This document shows positions 19,269-29,719 of a DNA stretch of 64,000 nt, piece after piece. A program made the translations under genes and the position numbers. Positions within the stretch are counted from its first letter, which is position 1; every line of letters begins with the position of its first letter. The notes beneath the pieces were generated by a model, which saw nothing but the letters and a program-made list of their open reading frames with translations, made no database searches and was not told the origin of the DNA. The DNA comes from Clostridiales bacterium DTU073. GTDB taxonomy: Bacteria > Bacillota > Peptococcia > DRI-13 > DTU073. The DNA lies in assembly GCA_001512665.1 (NCBI GenBank), contig LFSF01000025.1:3926-67925 (forward strand). Direction: 5' to 3'.

Positions 19269-19343
19269 TGGGGCGTCGCCAAGCGGTAAGGCAACGGACT
19301 CTGACTCCGTCATGCGTAGGTTCGAATCCTACCGCCCTAGCCA
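19269..19343 (+). tRNA. tRNA-Gln (anticodon CTG)
   Basis: U1:A72 acceptor, anticodon stem-loop ACGGA-CTCTGAC-TCCGT, TTCGAAT T-loop, CCA. Confidence 0.9.
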
Positions 19344-19356
19344 TTTATGTTTACAT

Positions 19357-19432
19357 GGGCCATTAGCTCAGTCGGTAGAGCACCTGACTTTTAATCAGGG
19401 CGTCCCGCGTTCGAATCGCGGATGGCTCACCA
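19357..19432 (+). tRNA. tRNA-Lys (anticodon TTT)
   Basis: GGGCCATTAGCTCAG.., anticodon stem-loop CCTGA-CTTTTAA-TCAGG, CCA. Confidence 0.9.
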
Positions 19433-19492
19433 ATTTTCTTAAAGTTTTGTTGCTGTTAATTTTGCCGTTAATTTTTATTGTTAATAGATTAT

Positions 19493-19568
19493 GGGCCATT
19501 AGCTCAGATGGCAGAGCACCTGACTCTTAATCAGGGTGTCCAGGGTTCGAATCCCTGATGGCCCACCA
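19493..19568 (+). tRNA. tRNA-Lys (anticodon CTT)
   Basis: Near-identical body to the preceding tRNA-Lys. Anticodon loop CTCTTAA, CCA. Confidence 0.9.
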
Positions 19569-19596
19569 TTTTGTATTTAGCGGTGATAAGTTTTCC

Positions 19597-19679
<83 letters not shown>

Positions 19680-19701
19680 GTAAAACTCCATTTAGACATA
19701 A

Positions 19702-19776
19702 GCGGAAGTGGCTCAGCGGTAGAGCATCGCCTTGCCAAGGCGAGGGTCGCGAGTTCGAATCTCGTCTTCCGCTCCA
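19702..19776 (+). tRNA. tRNA-Gly (anticodon GCC)
   Basis: Anticodon stem-loop TCGCC-TTGCCAA-GGCGA, TTCGAAT T-loop, CCA. Confidence 0.9.
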
Positions 19777-19785
19777 GTTAACAAC

Positions 19786-19809
19786 AGGAGCTTAATACGC
19801 TCCTTTTTT
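19786..19809 (+). terminator. Rho-independent terminator closing the tRNA array
   Basis: AGGAGC / GCTCCT stem, 7-nt loop, T6. Confidence 0.75.
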
Positions 19810-19989
19810 AGTAGGAAAATTTTCTCTGGATATTTATAGAGAAATAATGTAAGATGATATTTATGAAAGTTTGTTTGGAGAATTTTTCAATAGTTTTCTT
19901 TGCTTTAGAACTGGTTATAATGTAGTAAGTGGTTGAAGTAAGATTAACCTTTTTCGAAATGTTTAATATGGTATAGGAGGAGAGTTTTC

Positions 19990-21285
19990 ATGAAAATTAC
20001 TGCTAATGAAGTAAGTAAAAACAGGGTAGAATTAACTATTGAGGTGCCTGAAGAAGTATTTGAAGAATCTTTGCAAAAAGCATATAAAGTTGTGGTAAAG
20101 AAAGTAAATATACCCGGCTTTAGAAAAGGAAAAGCACCGCGAGCTATTTTAGAAAGGATGTACGGGCGAGAAATTCTCATGGAAGAAGCTCTCCAAGATG
20201 CTGTGCCTAAGGCTTTTCAACAAGCATTAGAAGAAGTTAAAGATCAATATACTGCAGTAAGTGATCCTGAATATGATATGGTACAGATGGAGAAAGATAA
20301 GCCGTTAATTTTTAAGGCTGTATTTGATACCAAACCGGAAGTGAAGCTTGGTCAATATAAAGGATTGGAAGTGGAAAAACTTTCCACAGAAGTTACAGAG
20401 GAAGAAATTGATGCCGAAATAGAAAAAATGCAACAAAGATATGCAAAACTTATTGTGATTGAAGATGAACCGGCCGTTGAGCACGATGTATTAACTATAG
20501 ATTTTGTAGGTAAAATAGACGGAGAAACTTTTGAAGGCGGTATAGGGGAAAATTATCCTTTGGAATTAGGGTCACATACCTTTATTCCCGGTTTTGAAGA
20601 ACAGTTAATTGGTGTTAAAGTTGGCGAAGTAAAGGATGTTACAGTAAAATTCCCCTCAGATTATCACGCTGAGGATTTGGCAGGGAAAGAGGCCGTTTTT
20701 ACGGTTACGGTTAAAGAAATTAAACGTAAAGAATTAGTTCCTTTAGATGATGAATTTGCGAAGGACGTTTCGGAATTTGCTACTATGCAGGAATTGAGGC
20801 AAGATACAGCGAATAAGTTAAAAGAAAAAGCAGAAAAGAAAGCCGAGCTTGATTTAAGGGAGAATGTAGTTAAAAAAGTTGTGGAAAACGCCGAGTTGGA
20901 AATTCCCGAATCAATGATAAAAAATCGCACTGTACAAATGATTAATGATTTTGCTTATCGCTTGAGTATGCAGGGCATTACTTTAGAAAAATATTTAGAG
21001 TTAACGAATAGTAATATTGAGGATTTAATGAAACAATATCGTCCTCAGGCTGAAGCGTTAGTTAAAGCAGATTTAGTTTTAGAACAAATTGCTAAAGTCG
21101 AAAACATTAAGGCGACAACTGCTGATGTTGATGAGGAAATTAAGAAAACTGCGGATAAATATCAACAGGAACCTGAAAAATTACGTGAAGTCTTGGAAAA
21201 AGAGGGACAGATTGCCTCTATCGAATTTGGTATAATGTTAGATAAAACTGTAGATTTTATTATTGAGCAGGCCAAAGTAAATTAA
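19990..21285 (+). CDS. tig: Trigger factor
   Basis: 431 aa. N-terminal ribosome-binding motif GFRKGKAPR, a central FKBP-type PPIase (F.GK..GE.FEGG) and a helical C-terminus. Confidence 0.95.
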   Translation: MKITANEVSKNRVELTIEVPEEVFEESLQKAYKVVVKKVNIPGFRKGKAPRAILERMYGREILMEEALQDAVPKAFQQALEEVKDQYTAVSDPEYDMVQMEKDKPLIFKAVFDTKPEVKLGQYKGLEVEKLSTEVTEEEIDAEIEKMQQRYAKLIVIEDEPAVEHDVLTIDFVGKIDGETFEGGIGENYPLELGSHTFIPGFEEQLIGVKVGEVKDVTVKFPSDYHAEDLAGKEAVFTVTVKEIKRKELVPLDDEFAKDVSEFATMQELRQDTANKLKEKAEKKAELDLRENVVKKVVENAELEIPESMIKNRTVQMINDFAYRLSMQGITLEKYLELTNSNIEDLMKQYRPQAEALVKADLVLEQIAKVENIKATTADVDEEIKKTADKYQQEPEKLREVLEKEGQIASIEFGIMLDKTVDFIIEQAKVN

Positions 21286-21316
21286 ATGGTTTTGCTTAAT
21301 AGGAGGGTAACTACTT

Positions 21317-21967
21317 ATGGATAGGAAGTTTGATATACAGAGTGGATTGGAAATACCAAGGATGAGCACACTTATTCCTATGGTAGTTGAGCAGACCAAC
21401 CGTGGTGAAAGAGCTTATGATATTTATTCTAGGTTATTAAAAGACCGGATAATTTTTTTAGGTACGGCAATAGATGATCATGTAGCTAACTTGGTTATTG
21501 CTCAGATGCTCTTTTTATATGCGGAAGATCCGGATAAAGATATATCTTTATATATTAACAGTCCCGGTGGTTCCATCACAGCAGGCATGGCTATTTATGA
21601 TACCATGCAGTATATTCGTTCCGATGTTTCCACTATTTGCGTGGGATTAGCCGCATCTATGGGTGCCTTTCTTTTGGCTGCGGGGACGAAAGGGAAGCGC
21701 TTTGCTCTTCCTAATGCGGAAATCATGATTCATCAACCTTCCGGCGGCGCAACAGGGCAGGCTACGGATATTGAGATTCATGCTAAAAGAATTATACACA
21801 TTAAGGAGAAATTGAATAAAATATTAGCGGCGAATACCGGTCAGCCTCTCGAACGAATTAGAGAAGATACCGAAAGAGATCGTTTTATGGATGCGGAAGA
21901 TGCTAAGGAATATGGAATAATTGATGACCTTCTTTTGAGGATACCTCAGAATCCGAAAACAAAGTAG
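21317..21967 (+). CDS. clpP: ATP-dependent Clp protease proteolytic subunit
   Basis: Motifs [31 protein letters not shown] (Ser) and MIHQP (His). The AGGAGGG SD supports ATG 21317, which adds about 15 aa N-terminal to the usual start (alternative ATG at 21362). Confidence 0.93.
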   Translation: MDRKFDIQSGLEIPRMSTLIPMVVEQTNRGERAYDIYSRLLKDRIIFLGTAIDDHVANLVIAQMLFLYAEDPDKDISLYINSPGGSITAGMAIYDTMQYIRSDVSTICVGLAASMGAFLLAAGTKGKRFALPNAEIMIHQPSGGATGQATDIEIHAKRIIHIKEKLNKILAANTGQPLERIREDTERDRFMDAEDAKEYGIIDDLLLRIPQNPKTK

Positions 21968-21982
21968 GTAAGAGGTGAAAAT

Positions 21983-23245
21983 ATGTATAAATTTGGTGAT
22001 GAAAAAGGACAAATTAAATGTTCGTTTTGCGGTAAGATACAGGATCAGGTTAAGAAACTGGTAGCCGGTCCCGGTGTTTATATTTGTGATGAGTGTATTG
22101 AATTATGTAATGAAATAATCGAAGAAGAGTTATCGGAAGAAACCGATTTAGAAATTGGAGAACTTCCCAAACCGAAGGAAATCAAAGCCTTTTTGGATCA
22201 ATATGTGGTTGGTCAGGAAAGCGCCAAAAAGACTTTAGCTGTAGCTGTCTACAATCATTATAAACGGGTAAAATTAGGAGCCAAGATTGATGATGTAGAG
22301 CTGCAAAAGAGTAATATTATTATGCTTGGACCTACGGGAAGTGGGAAAACTCTGTTAGCGCAGACTTTGGCGCGTATCCTTAATGTTCCTTTTGCTATCG
22401 CCGATGCTACTTCTTTGACCGAAGCCGGATATGTAGGAGAAGATGTGGAAAATATTTTGCTTAAACTTATTCAGGCGGCAGATTACGATGTGGAAAAAGC
22501 GGAAAAAGGGATTATTTATATCGACGAAATCGATAAAATTGCGCGCAAATCTGATAATCCATCGATTACGAGAGATGTATCAGGAGAGGGAGTGCAACAA
22601 GCCTTATTGAAAATCTTGGAGGGAACGACCGCCAGTGTTCCGCCTCAAGGTGGGAGAAAACATCCTCACCAGGAATTCATACAATTGGATACTACCAACA
22701 TCTTGTTTATTTGTGGCGGTGCTTTCCAAGGTATTGAAAAGATTATTCAAAATCGGATCGGTAAAAAAGTTATGGGCTTTGGGGCAGATGTGGTGAGGAA
22801 AAACGATCTCAAAGTGGGAGAGTATTTGGAACAGATCATGCCCGAGGACTTGCTTAAATATGGTCTAATTCCGGAATTCGTAGGTCGTTTACCGGTAATT
22901 GTCACCTTAGATGCGCTGAATGAAGAGGCTCTGGTGACCATTCTTACTGAACCTAAAAATGCTTTAGTTAAGCAATTTCAAAAGTTTCTCGAATTGGATA
23001 ATGTTACATTGGAGTTTAAACCGGATGCACTTAGGGCTATTGCCCAAGAGGCTATTAGGAGAAACACCGGAGCACGTGGTTTAAGATCCATTGTTGAAGG
23101 GATTATGAAAAATGTAATGTATGAAATACCGTCTCGACCGGAGATTAATAAATGTGTTGTGACAAAGGAAGCTGTACTGAATAATGAAGAACTAATTTTG
23201 GTTGCAACAAATGAGACTAAAAAAAAGAAAGAAGAAAGCGCATAA
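21983..23245 (+). CDS. clpX: ATP-dependent Clp protease ATP-binding subunit ClpX
   Basis: N-terminal zinc finger CSFCGK..CDEC, Walker A GPTGSGKT, Walker [10 protein letters not shown], and the GYVGEDVEN pore loop. Confidence 0.96.
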   Translation: MYKFGDEKGQIKCSFCGKIQDQVKKLVAGPGVYICDECIELCNEIIEEELSEETDLEIGELPKPKEIKAFLDQYVVGQESAKKTLAVAVYNHYKRVKLGAKIDDVELQKSNIIMLGPTGSGKTLLAQTLARILNVPFAIADATSLTEAGYVGEDVENILLKLIQAADYDVEKAEKGIIYIDEIDKIARKSDNPSITRDVSGEGVQQALLKILEGTTASVPPQGGRKHPHQEFIQLDTTNILFICGGAFQGIEKIIQNRIGKKVMGFGADVVRKNDLKVGEYLEQIMPEDLLKYGLIPEFVGRLPVIVTLDALNEEALVTILTEPKNALVKQFQKFLELDNVTLEFKPDALRAIAQEAIRRNTGARGLRSIVEGIMKNVMYEIPSRPEINKCVVTKEAVLNNEELILVATNETKKKKEESA

Positions 23246-23314
23246 ACATCTAAAGTAGAAATGTCAATATATAGAAATACGGACTGCTGAAAAACTTGAA
23301 GATCAGCAATATAT

Positions 23315-23345
23315 AAAAGCTAGGCTAATAGATAGCCTAGCTTTT
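23315..23345. terminator. Bidirectional terminator between clpX (+) and the SASP gene (-)
   Basis: AAAAGCTAGGCT / AGCCTAGCTTTT stem (23315-23326 / 23334-23345) with A/T runs on both sides. Confidence 0.7.
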
Positions 23346-23366
23346 GAGCTTAAATGGAGGGAGTAA

Positions 23367-23519
23367 CTATCTACTAATGTTTCTCTCGGCAATTTCAATT
23401 GCTTTTCTTACCATGGAACCACAGTTACGAGAGGAAACATTACCGAAATCGCCGTCTTGCTGCACTTGCTCAAAAAAGCCTAGTTCTCTTGCACATTCCA
23501 TTTTTAATGCATCAGACAT
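23367..23519 (-). CDS. Small acid-soluble spore protein, alpha/beta-type (divergent), 50 aa
   Basis: Below the track's size cut-off. The minus-strand translation is MSDALKMECARELGFFEQVQQDGDFGNVSSRNCGSMVRKAIEIAERNISR. It shows the LK.E.A.ELG and ..(T/S)SR.(N)G..V.K..E SASP blocks but lacks the usual GG. An in-frame TTG 24 nt upstream is an alternative start. The + ORF 23344-23607 is its antisense shadow. Confidence 0.65.
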   Translation of the reverse strand: MSDALKMECARELGFFEQVQQDGDFGNVSSRNCGSMVRKAIEIAERNISR

Positions 23520-23710
23520 CACACTTCGATTTCTGACCAAAGTTTGTCAACCCCCTCTGTTGATTTTTGGAGCTCAATTATATTTTTCCCCGAAAATTTA
23601 CTTTTAAATTTCCTCAATTTGTATAAGTTGAAGATTGGAGTAAGGATAAAAAGGGACTGAAAAGGTCATCATACTATTATCAGAAGGAAGTGTGGTGGTG
23701 ATAGTATTTA

Positions 23711-25432
23711 ATGGATTCTTTTGGTTTCAGTAGTTTTTTAGGCTTTATTCAAATCTTTTTTATTATAGTTGTAGGACTTTATTTCTTTAATTTGCTGAAG
23801 GGGCAGCAAGGCACGAAATCTGCAGTAGGGCGAGAATCCCGGAAGGAAATGGATAAGTTGGAAAGAATGCGGCAAATTAGGCTTAGTGAGCCTTTATCCG
23901 AAAGGACAAGACCGCAAAGTTTTAAAGAAATAATTGGTCAAGAAGAAGGAATTAAGTCTCTTCGTGCTGCGCTGTGTGGTCCTAACCCTCAACATATTAT
24001 CATTTACGGACCGCCCGGTGTGGGCAAAACGGCTGCTGCCAGGTTGGTTTTAGAAGAAGCGAAGAAGAATCCCCTTTCTCCCTTTAAAAGTGATGCTAAA
24101 TTTTTAGAAATAGATGGTGCAACATCGCGTTTTGATGAAAGAGGAATTGCCGATCCGCTAATCGGTTCTGTTCATGACCCGATCTATCAAGGTGCCGGCG
24201 CCATGGGTATCGCCGGTATTCCCCAACCTAAACCGGGGGCAGTAACCAAGGCGCATGGAGGGATTCTCTTTATTGATGAAATTGGCGAGTTGCATTCTAT
24301 GCAGATCAATAAATTATTAAAAGTATTGGAAGATCGTAAAGTAATGTTGGAAAGTGTTTACTATTCTCCAGAGGATACCAATATTCCCAGCTATATTCAT
24401 GATATTTTTCAAAATGGCTTACCTGCAGATTTTCGTTTAATCGGAGCAACTACGCGTCTTCCACAAGAGATCCCTATGGCCATTCGTTCTCGTTGTGTGG
24501 AGATATATTTCCGGGGCTTAACACCAAATGAAATTAAGATCATAGGTCGGAACGCAGCGCGTAAGTTGAATATTCCCGTAAGTGAGCAAGCCTTGGAAGT
24601 CTTACAGAAATATGCAACCAATGGACGTGAAGCTGTGAATATCATGCAAATAGCCGCCGGAATTGTTTTAAATAACAATAGCTTTGAAATAATGCCGTCG
24701 GATATTGAATGGGTTGTGCAAAGCGGACAGTATGCTCCACGCCCCGAGAAAAGGGTTCCGTCGGAACCACAAGTGGGCGTAGTTAATGGTTTGGCTGTCT
24801 ATGGTGCTAATATGGGGATGCTGTTAGAAATAGAAGTATCAGTTATTCCGGTAATGAAAGGCAATGGTCAGATTATCATTACAGGGATTGTGGAAGAAGA
24901 AGAAATGCATGGTTTAGGTGGACATACTATGCGACGCAAAAGCATGGCCAAAGGCTCAGTGGAGAATGTTTTGACGGTTTTGAGACATAATCAGCATTTA
25001 GATTGTCGCGATTATGATATTCATGTTAATTTTCCCGGGGGTATCCCTACAGATGGGCCTTCAGCGGGGATAGCCATTGCTACGGCTATTTATTCAGCTT
25101 TGAAAAATATTCCTGTACATAATAAGGTGGCAATGACCGGTGAGCTTTCCGTCCGCGGTTATGTAAAACCGGTGGGAGGAGTTATTGCCAAAATTAATGC
25201 CGCCCGTCAGGCCGGAGTAGAGCGAGTCTTTATTCCTAAAGAGAATTGGCAGTCTCTCTTTGCGGAAATGCGAGATATCGAGATTATTCCTGTGGAGAAA
25301 TTAGAAGAAGTTTTGGCTCAAGCCTTAATTAATCCTCAGTCTACTACCGCGCAAAAATCTTCATCACCGCAGGTAGTTTTGCCAAGCACAGCTGATAATT
25401 TGCTGCAAAAGGTTAATATTACCTGTTTTTGA
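23711..25432 (+). CDS. lonB: Membrane-anchored Lon-like protease LonB (sporulation type)
   Basis: N-terminal TM helix, Walker A GPPGVGKT, Walker B ILFIDEIGE, and C-terminal Lon protease motifs DGPSAG and KI.AA..AG. The position between clpX and lon matches Bacillus. Confidence 0.88.
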   Translation: MDSFGFSSFLGFIQIFFIIVVGLYFFNLLKGQQGTKSAVGRESRKEMDKLERMRQIRLSEPLSERTRPQSFKEIIGQEEGIKSLRAALCGPNPQHIIIYGPPGVGKTAAARLVLEEAKKNPLSPFKSDAKFLEIDGATSRFDERGIADPLIGSVHDPIYQGAGAMGIAGIPQPKPGAVTKAHGGILFIDEIGELHSMQINKLLKVLEDRKVMLESVYYSPEDTNIPSYIHDIFQNGLPADFRLIGATTRLPQEIPMAIRSRCVEIYFRGLTPNEIKIIGRNAARKLNIPVSEQALEVLQKYATNGREAVNIMQIAAGIVLNNNSFEIMPSDIEWVVQSGQYAPRPEKRVPSEPQVGVVNGLAVYGANMGMLLEIEVSVIPVMKGNGQIIITGIVEEEEMHGLGGHTMRRKSMAKGSVENVLTVLRHNQHLDCRDYDIHVNFPGGIPTDGPSAGIAIATAIYSALKNIPVHNKVAMTGELSVRGYVKPVGGVIAKINAARQAGVERVFIPKENWQSLFAEMRDIEIIPVEKLEEVLAQALINPQSTTAQKSSSPQVVLPSTADNLLQKVNITCF

Positions 25433-25506
25433 CTTACTCTTTTTTCAATAATATGGTAAGCTTTTTTTAAGCATGTATTTTTTGTTGATAGAGGAGGAGA
25501 AATTTT

Positions 25507-27864
25507 ATGGAAAAAGAAATGGTAAAAGAATTACCAAAAACTATAACACAAAATACACGCGAGTTGCCACTTTTACCTTTACGGGGTGTTTTGGTCTATC
25601 CTTATATGGTTATACATTTGGATGTAGGAAGAGATAAATCAGTCAAAGCTGTAGAAGAAGCGATGATTCAAGAAAGAGAAATTTTTTTGGCTACACAAAT
25701 TGAAGCGAAAACAGATAACCCCGGGCAAGAGGATATTTACCGTATGGGGTGTATTGCTGAAGTTAAGCAGTTGCTTAGACTTCCCGGAGGTAATATTCGC
25801 GTTTTAGTAGAGGGTTTACGGAGAGGAGAAATTATTAAATATCTTAATGAGGACCCGTTTTATTTGGTAAAAATCAAAGAATATGAGGAAAAGGAAGAAA
25901 AAACTTTAGAAATTGAAGCTCTTGTTCGTAATTTGATTTCCCAGTTTGAGGAGTATGTAAAATATAGTAAAAGGATAGCTCCGGAAACAGTCTTAGCCAT
26001 CGTGACCACAGAGGAACCTAATCGTTTAGCCGATCTGATTGCTTCACATCTTTCCTTAAAGATACAGGAAAAACAAACTCTCCTTGAAGCAATTGAGCTT
26101 AAAGAGCGTTTAGAGAAGCTGTGCGGTATTCTTGCCAGTGAAATAGAAATTTTACAGTTAGAGAACAAAATTAACCTCAGAGTCCGCAAACAAATGGAAA
26201 AGACTCAAAAGGAGTACTATTTACGCGAACAAATGAAAGCCATCCAGAAAGAACTGGGTGAACGGGATGAACACGGGACTGAAGGAGAAGAGTATCGCGA
26301 AAAGATTAAAAAAGCGCAACTCCCTCCCGAAGCTGAAGAAAAAGTTTTTAAAGAGGTAGAACGCTTAGAGAAGATGCCGGCTATGTCTGCAGAATCTGCT
26401 GTTATCAGAAATTATTTGGATTGGTTTTTATCTATCCCCTGGCACAAGGTGACAGAGGATCGGATTGATCTTAAAGAAGCAGAAAAAATTCTCAATGAAG
26501 AGCATTATGGTTTAAAGAAGCCTAAAGAGCGGATTCTTGAATATCTTGCTGTACGTAAATTGACGAAAAAAATTAAAGGCCCAATTATTTGTTTTGTTGG
26601 ACCTCCCGGAGTAGGTAAAACCTCTTTAGCAAAGTCTGTAGCTCATGCTTTGGGTCGTAAATTTGTGCGCATGTCTTTGGGTGGGGTGAGAGACGAAGCG
26701 GAAATTCGCGGGCATAGGCGTACTTATGTGGGAGCTATGCCCGGACGGATTATTCAAGGCTTAAAAACTGCCGGTACCAAGAATCCTGTTTTTTTGCTGG
26801 ATGAAGTCGATAAAATGAGTACGGATTTTCGTGGTGATCCCTCGGCGGCACTTTTAGAAGTGCTTGATCCTGAACAAAACAGTACTTTTAGTGATCATTA
26901 TATTGAGTCACCGGTAGACTTGTCTCAAGTACTGTTTATTACTACAGCCAATGTCTATTATAATATACCGCGTCCTTTGCTGGATCGAATGGAAGTGATT
27001 ACTCTGTCCGGGTATACGGAAGAGGAAAAGTTTAATATTGCCGAAAAATATTTATTACCAAGACAAATCAAAGAAAACGGCTTACAGAAGGAGCAAATTA
27101 GTATTAGTAGAAAGGCGATTTTGCATATTATCCGGCATTATACCAGAGAGGCGGGAGTCCGTAATTTAGAACGGGAAATCGGTAGTATTTGTCGTAAGGT
27201 AGCAAAGATTATTGCGGAAGGTTCACAAAACAAAGTAAGCATAACTAATCGCAATCTGGAAAAATATTTGGGGGCAGCTCGTTATCATTATGGGGTTTCA
27301 GAAAAAGAAAATTTAGTTGGGGTTGCAACCGGGTTGGCTTGGACGGAAGTAGGCGGTGATGTGCTCAGTGTAGAGGTAACACTATTACCGGGGGGCAAAG
27401 GGAAATTAACTTTGACCGGTAAACTGGGAGATGTAATGAAAGAATCTGCTCAAGCCGGTTTTACCTATATTCGTTCAAGAGCAAGTGAATTAGGGATTGA
27501 TGAGAATTTCGTGGAAAAATATGATGTGCATATTCATGTTCCGGAGGGAGCAATTCCTAAGGACGGACCCTCTGCCGGAATTACCATGGCTACCGCTTTG
27601 GCTTCGGCACTGAGCAATAGAAAAGTAAAGAGTAATATTGCCATGACCGGGGAAATTACCTTACGTGGTCGTGTGCTTCCTGTCGGTGGGATTAAAGAAA
27701 AGGTTCTGGCGGCACATCGTGCCGGAAGTAAAGTAATTATTTTACCGGCAGATAACAAGAAAGATCTTGAGGATATTCCGGCGAAGGTTAAAAGAGAGTT
27801 GCAGTTTGTTTTTGTGGAGAATATGGAAGAAGTTCTTAAGATAGCTTTGGAGGAGACCCCATGA
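25507..27864 (+). CDS. lon: ATP-dependent protease Lon (LonA)
   Basis: 785 aa. LON N-domain ([13 protein letters not shown]), [17 protein letters not shown], and catalytic DGPSAG / [14 protein letters not shown]. Confidence 0.96.
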   Translation: MEKEMVKELPKTITQNTRELPLLPLRGVLVYPYMVIHLDVGRDKSVKAVEEAMIQEREIFLATQIEAKTDNPGQEDIYRMGCIAEVKQLLRLPGGNIRVLVEGLRRGEIIKYLNEDPFYLVKIKEYEEKEEKTLEIEALVRNLISQFEEYVKYSKRIAPETVLAIVTTEEPNRLADLIASHLSLKIQEKQTLLEAIELKERLEKLCGILASEIEILQLENKINLRVRKQMEKTQKEYYLREQMKAIQKELGERDEHGTEGEEYREKIKKAQLPPEAEEKVFKEVERLEKMPAMSAESAVIRNYLDWFLSIPWHKVTEDRIDLKEAEKILNEEHYGLKKPKERILEYLAVRKLTKKIKGPIICFVGPPGVGKTSLAKSVAHALGRKFVRMSLGGVRDEAEIRGHRRTYVGAMPGRIIQGLKTAGTKNPVFLLDEVDKMSTDFRGDPSAALLEVLDPEQNSTFSDHYIESPVDLSQVLFITTANVYYNIPRPLLDRMEVITLSGYTEEEKFNIAEKYLLPRQIKENGLQKEQISISRKAILHIIRHYTREAGVRNLEREIGSICRKVAKIIAEGSQNKVSITNRNLEKYLGAARYHYGVSEKENLVGVATGLAWTEVGGDVLSVEVTLLPGGKGKLTLTGKLGDVMKESAQAGFTYIRSRASELGIDENFVEKYDVHIHVPEGAIPKDGPSAGITMATALASALSNRKVKSNIAMTGEITLRGRVLPVGGIKEKVLAAHRAGSKVIILPADNKKDLEDIPAKVKRELQFVFVENMEEVLKIALEETP

Positions 27865-28460
27865 AAATTATAACAGCCGAATATCTGGTGAGTGCGGTAA
27901 ATGCAAAACAATATCCGAAATCTTCAAAACCGGAAATAGCTTTAGTGGGTAGATCTAATGTAGGTAAATCTTCTTTTATCAACAAATTTATTAACCGTAA
28001 GGGTTTAGCGCGTACCAGCAGTGTTCCCGGTAAGACACAGACGATCAATTTTTATCTGATTAATGAAGCTTGGTGTTTTGTGGACTTGCCCGGTTATGGA
28101 TTTGCGAAGGTTTCTAAAGAGAAAAAATCAGTGTGGGGGCGCTTTATTGACGAGTATTTACATACCCGTCCGCATTTAGCAGGAATCATGCAACTTGTTG
28201 ATATTAGGCATGAACCTACTGCGGATGATGTATTGATGCACGAATGGCTCGCACAAAGCGGGCTGCCTTACCTGGTAATCGCCACAAAAGCGGACAAGAT
28301 TCCTCGCAGTAAATGGGATAAACAAAAAAAAATAATTAAAGAAAAATTGGCTTTGTGTTCAGCAGAATCAATTATGATCTTTTCCGCACAAACAGGAGAA
28401 GGAAGGGATAAAATAGCTAGCTGGGTAGAAGAGTTAATTAAACCTGTAGAATCATTATAG
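27861..28460 (+). CDS. engB: Ribosome-biogenesis GTPase EngB/YsxC
   Basis: G1 [10 protein letters not shown]3 DLPGYG, G4 TKADK. Its start overlaps the lon stop by 4 nt, as in Bacillus lonA-ysxC. Confidence 0.92.
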   Translation: MKIITAEYLVSAVNAKQYPKSSKPEIALVGRSNVGKSSFINKFINRKGLARTSSVPGKTQTINFYLINEAWCFVDLPGYGFAKVSKEKKSVWGRFIDEYLHTRPHLAGIMQLVDIRHEPTADDVLMHEWLAQSGLPYLVIATKADKIPRSKWDKQKKIIKEKLALCSAESIMIFSAQTGEGRDKIASWVEELIKPVESL

Positions 28461-28479
28461 AAAAAAATATGGAACCTTA

Positions 28480-28506
28480 AAAAGCGGCGGTATAGCCGCT
28501 TTTATT
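28480..28506 (+). terminator. Rho-independent terminator after engB
   Basis: AAAGCGGC / GCCGCTTT stem, loop GGTATA, T-rich tail. Confidence 0.75.
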
Positions 28507-28611
28507 AATGCTAACCTACAATTCGGGGGTTGACATGAAGTTGTAACTGGTATAAGATAATTTGTGTTAAATTTAAGAAGAACGGAGTAAATTTTTGGGG
28601 GTGTTTTGTTT

Positions 28612-29658
28612 ATGCAATCCGGACCTAATAAAAAAGTGGGTTTAGCACTAGTGCTTGGCATTATAGTAGTGGGGGTATTAATCTTTTTTTTCTCGTCCCC
28701 TTCTTCGCCGACAGCAACTACTTCCGGGGATGTGCAAAAAGATAAAGGGGTATTAGTATTTGCTGATCCCGGCTGGGATAGCGTCAAGTTTCATAATGAA
28801 GTAGCCAGATTGATTATTGAAAACGGTTATGGCTATAAAACAAAGATAATCCCCGGTACTACTGTAGTTACCTTTGAAGGATTAAAACGGGGAGATATTG
28901 ATATTTATATGGAGGTTTGGACCGACAATCTGGAGTTTTACCCTGAAGCGATAGAAAACAAGGAAGTGTTAGAGGTTTCTGTAAACTTTGATGATAATCG
29001 TCAAGGCTTCTATGTACCGACTTATGTGATCAAAGGGGACCCTGAAAGAGGGATTAAGCCTTTGGCTCCCGATTTAAAATCGATTGAGGACCTTCCAAAA
29101 TATTGGGAAATTTTCAAAGATCCTGAGGATAGTAGTAAAGGAAGAATTTATGGTGCAATACCTGATTGGGTAGTAGATAAAATTATTAGTGAAAAGGTAA
29201 AGAATTATGGTTTGGATGAGACCTATAATTTATTTAGACCAGGTTCCAGTACAGCTTTGGCTACATCAATTGTGGATGCAGTAGAAAAGGGTCAACCTTG
29301 GTTGGGGTACTATTGGGAGCCGGAATGGATTATGGGTAAATATGATCTGACCTATATTGAAGAGCCTGAATATGATGATGAAAAATGGGAAAGTGGTGGC
29401 TATGTATGTGCCTTCCCTTCTCTTCCGGTAACAGTATGTGTGAATAAAGAAATGCCGGAAAAGGCTCCGGAAATAGTAGAGTTTCTGAAAAATTATCAAA
29501 CCAGTGCCGCTTTAACCAATGAAGCTTTAGCTTATATGCAAGAAAATAAAGTTGAGCCTATAGATGCAGCAAAATGGTTCTTACGAGAGTATAAAGATTT
29601 GTGGACTGCTTGGGTTCCTGAAGATGTTGCTGCGGCAGTTCGAGCTGTAATTCAATAA
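28612..29658 (+). CDS. Glycine betaine/compatible-solute ABC transporter substrate-binding protein (OpuAC/ProX-like), membrane-anchored
   Basis: N-terminal TM/signal anchor. DPGWDS.. and W.EPEW.. Trp-rich motifs fit the aromatic box of betaine binders. It sits in an operon with a ProW-like permease and a CBS-containing ATPase. Confidence 0.75.
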   Translation: MQSGPNKKVGLALVLGIIVVGVLIFFFSSPSSPTATTSGDVQKDKGVLVFADPGWDSVKFHNEVARLIIENGYGYKTKIIPGTTVVTFEGLKRGDIDIYMEVWTDNLEFYPEAIENKEVLEVSVNFDDNRQGFYVPTYVIKGDPERGIKPLAPDLKSIEDLPKYWEIFKDPEDSSKGRIYGAIPDWVVDKIISEKVKNYGLDETYNLFRPGSSTALATSIVDAVEKGQPWLGYYWEPEWIMGKYDLTYIEEPEYDDEKWESGGYVCAFPSLPVTVCVNKEMPEKAPEIVEFLKNYQTSAALTNEALAYMQENKVEPIDAAKWFLREYKDLWTAWVPEDVAAAVRAVIQ

Positions 29659-29719
29659 AAATCTGGATTAGAGAGAGGTGAATTGGTTGCTGCATAATTG
29701 CAGCAACCATCTAAATATT

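Noticed and set aside
19455-19485. Three GTTAAT direct repeats (12-13-nt spacing) in the spacer between the two tRNA-Lys genes
   Set aside because: It is a short AT-rich motif in a tRNA spacer. A candidate promoter built on it would place the -10 only 2 nt from the mature tRNA 5' end. It is probably a slippage remnant.
19192-19530. 112-aa + ORF in the track
   Set aside because: It is read straight through tRNA-His, tRNA-Gln and the two tRNA-Lys genes. It is an artefact of the tRNA array.
23344-23607. 87-aa + ORF between clpX and lonB
   Set aside because: The opposite strand encodes a recognisable SASP with a proper stop codon and terminator. The + ORF has no SD and no recognisable sequence features.
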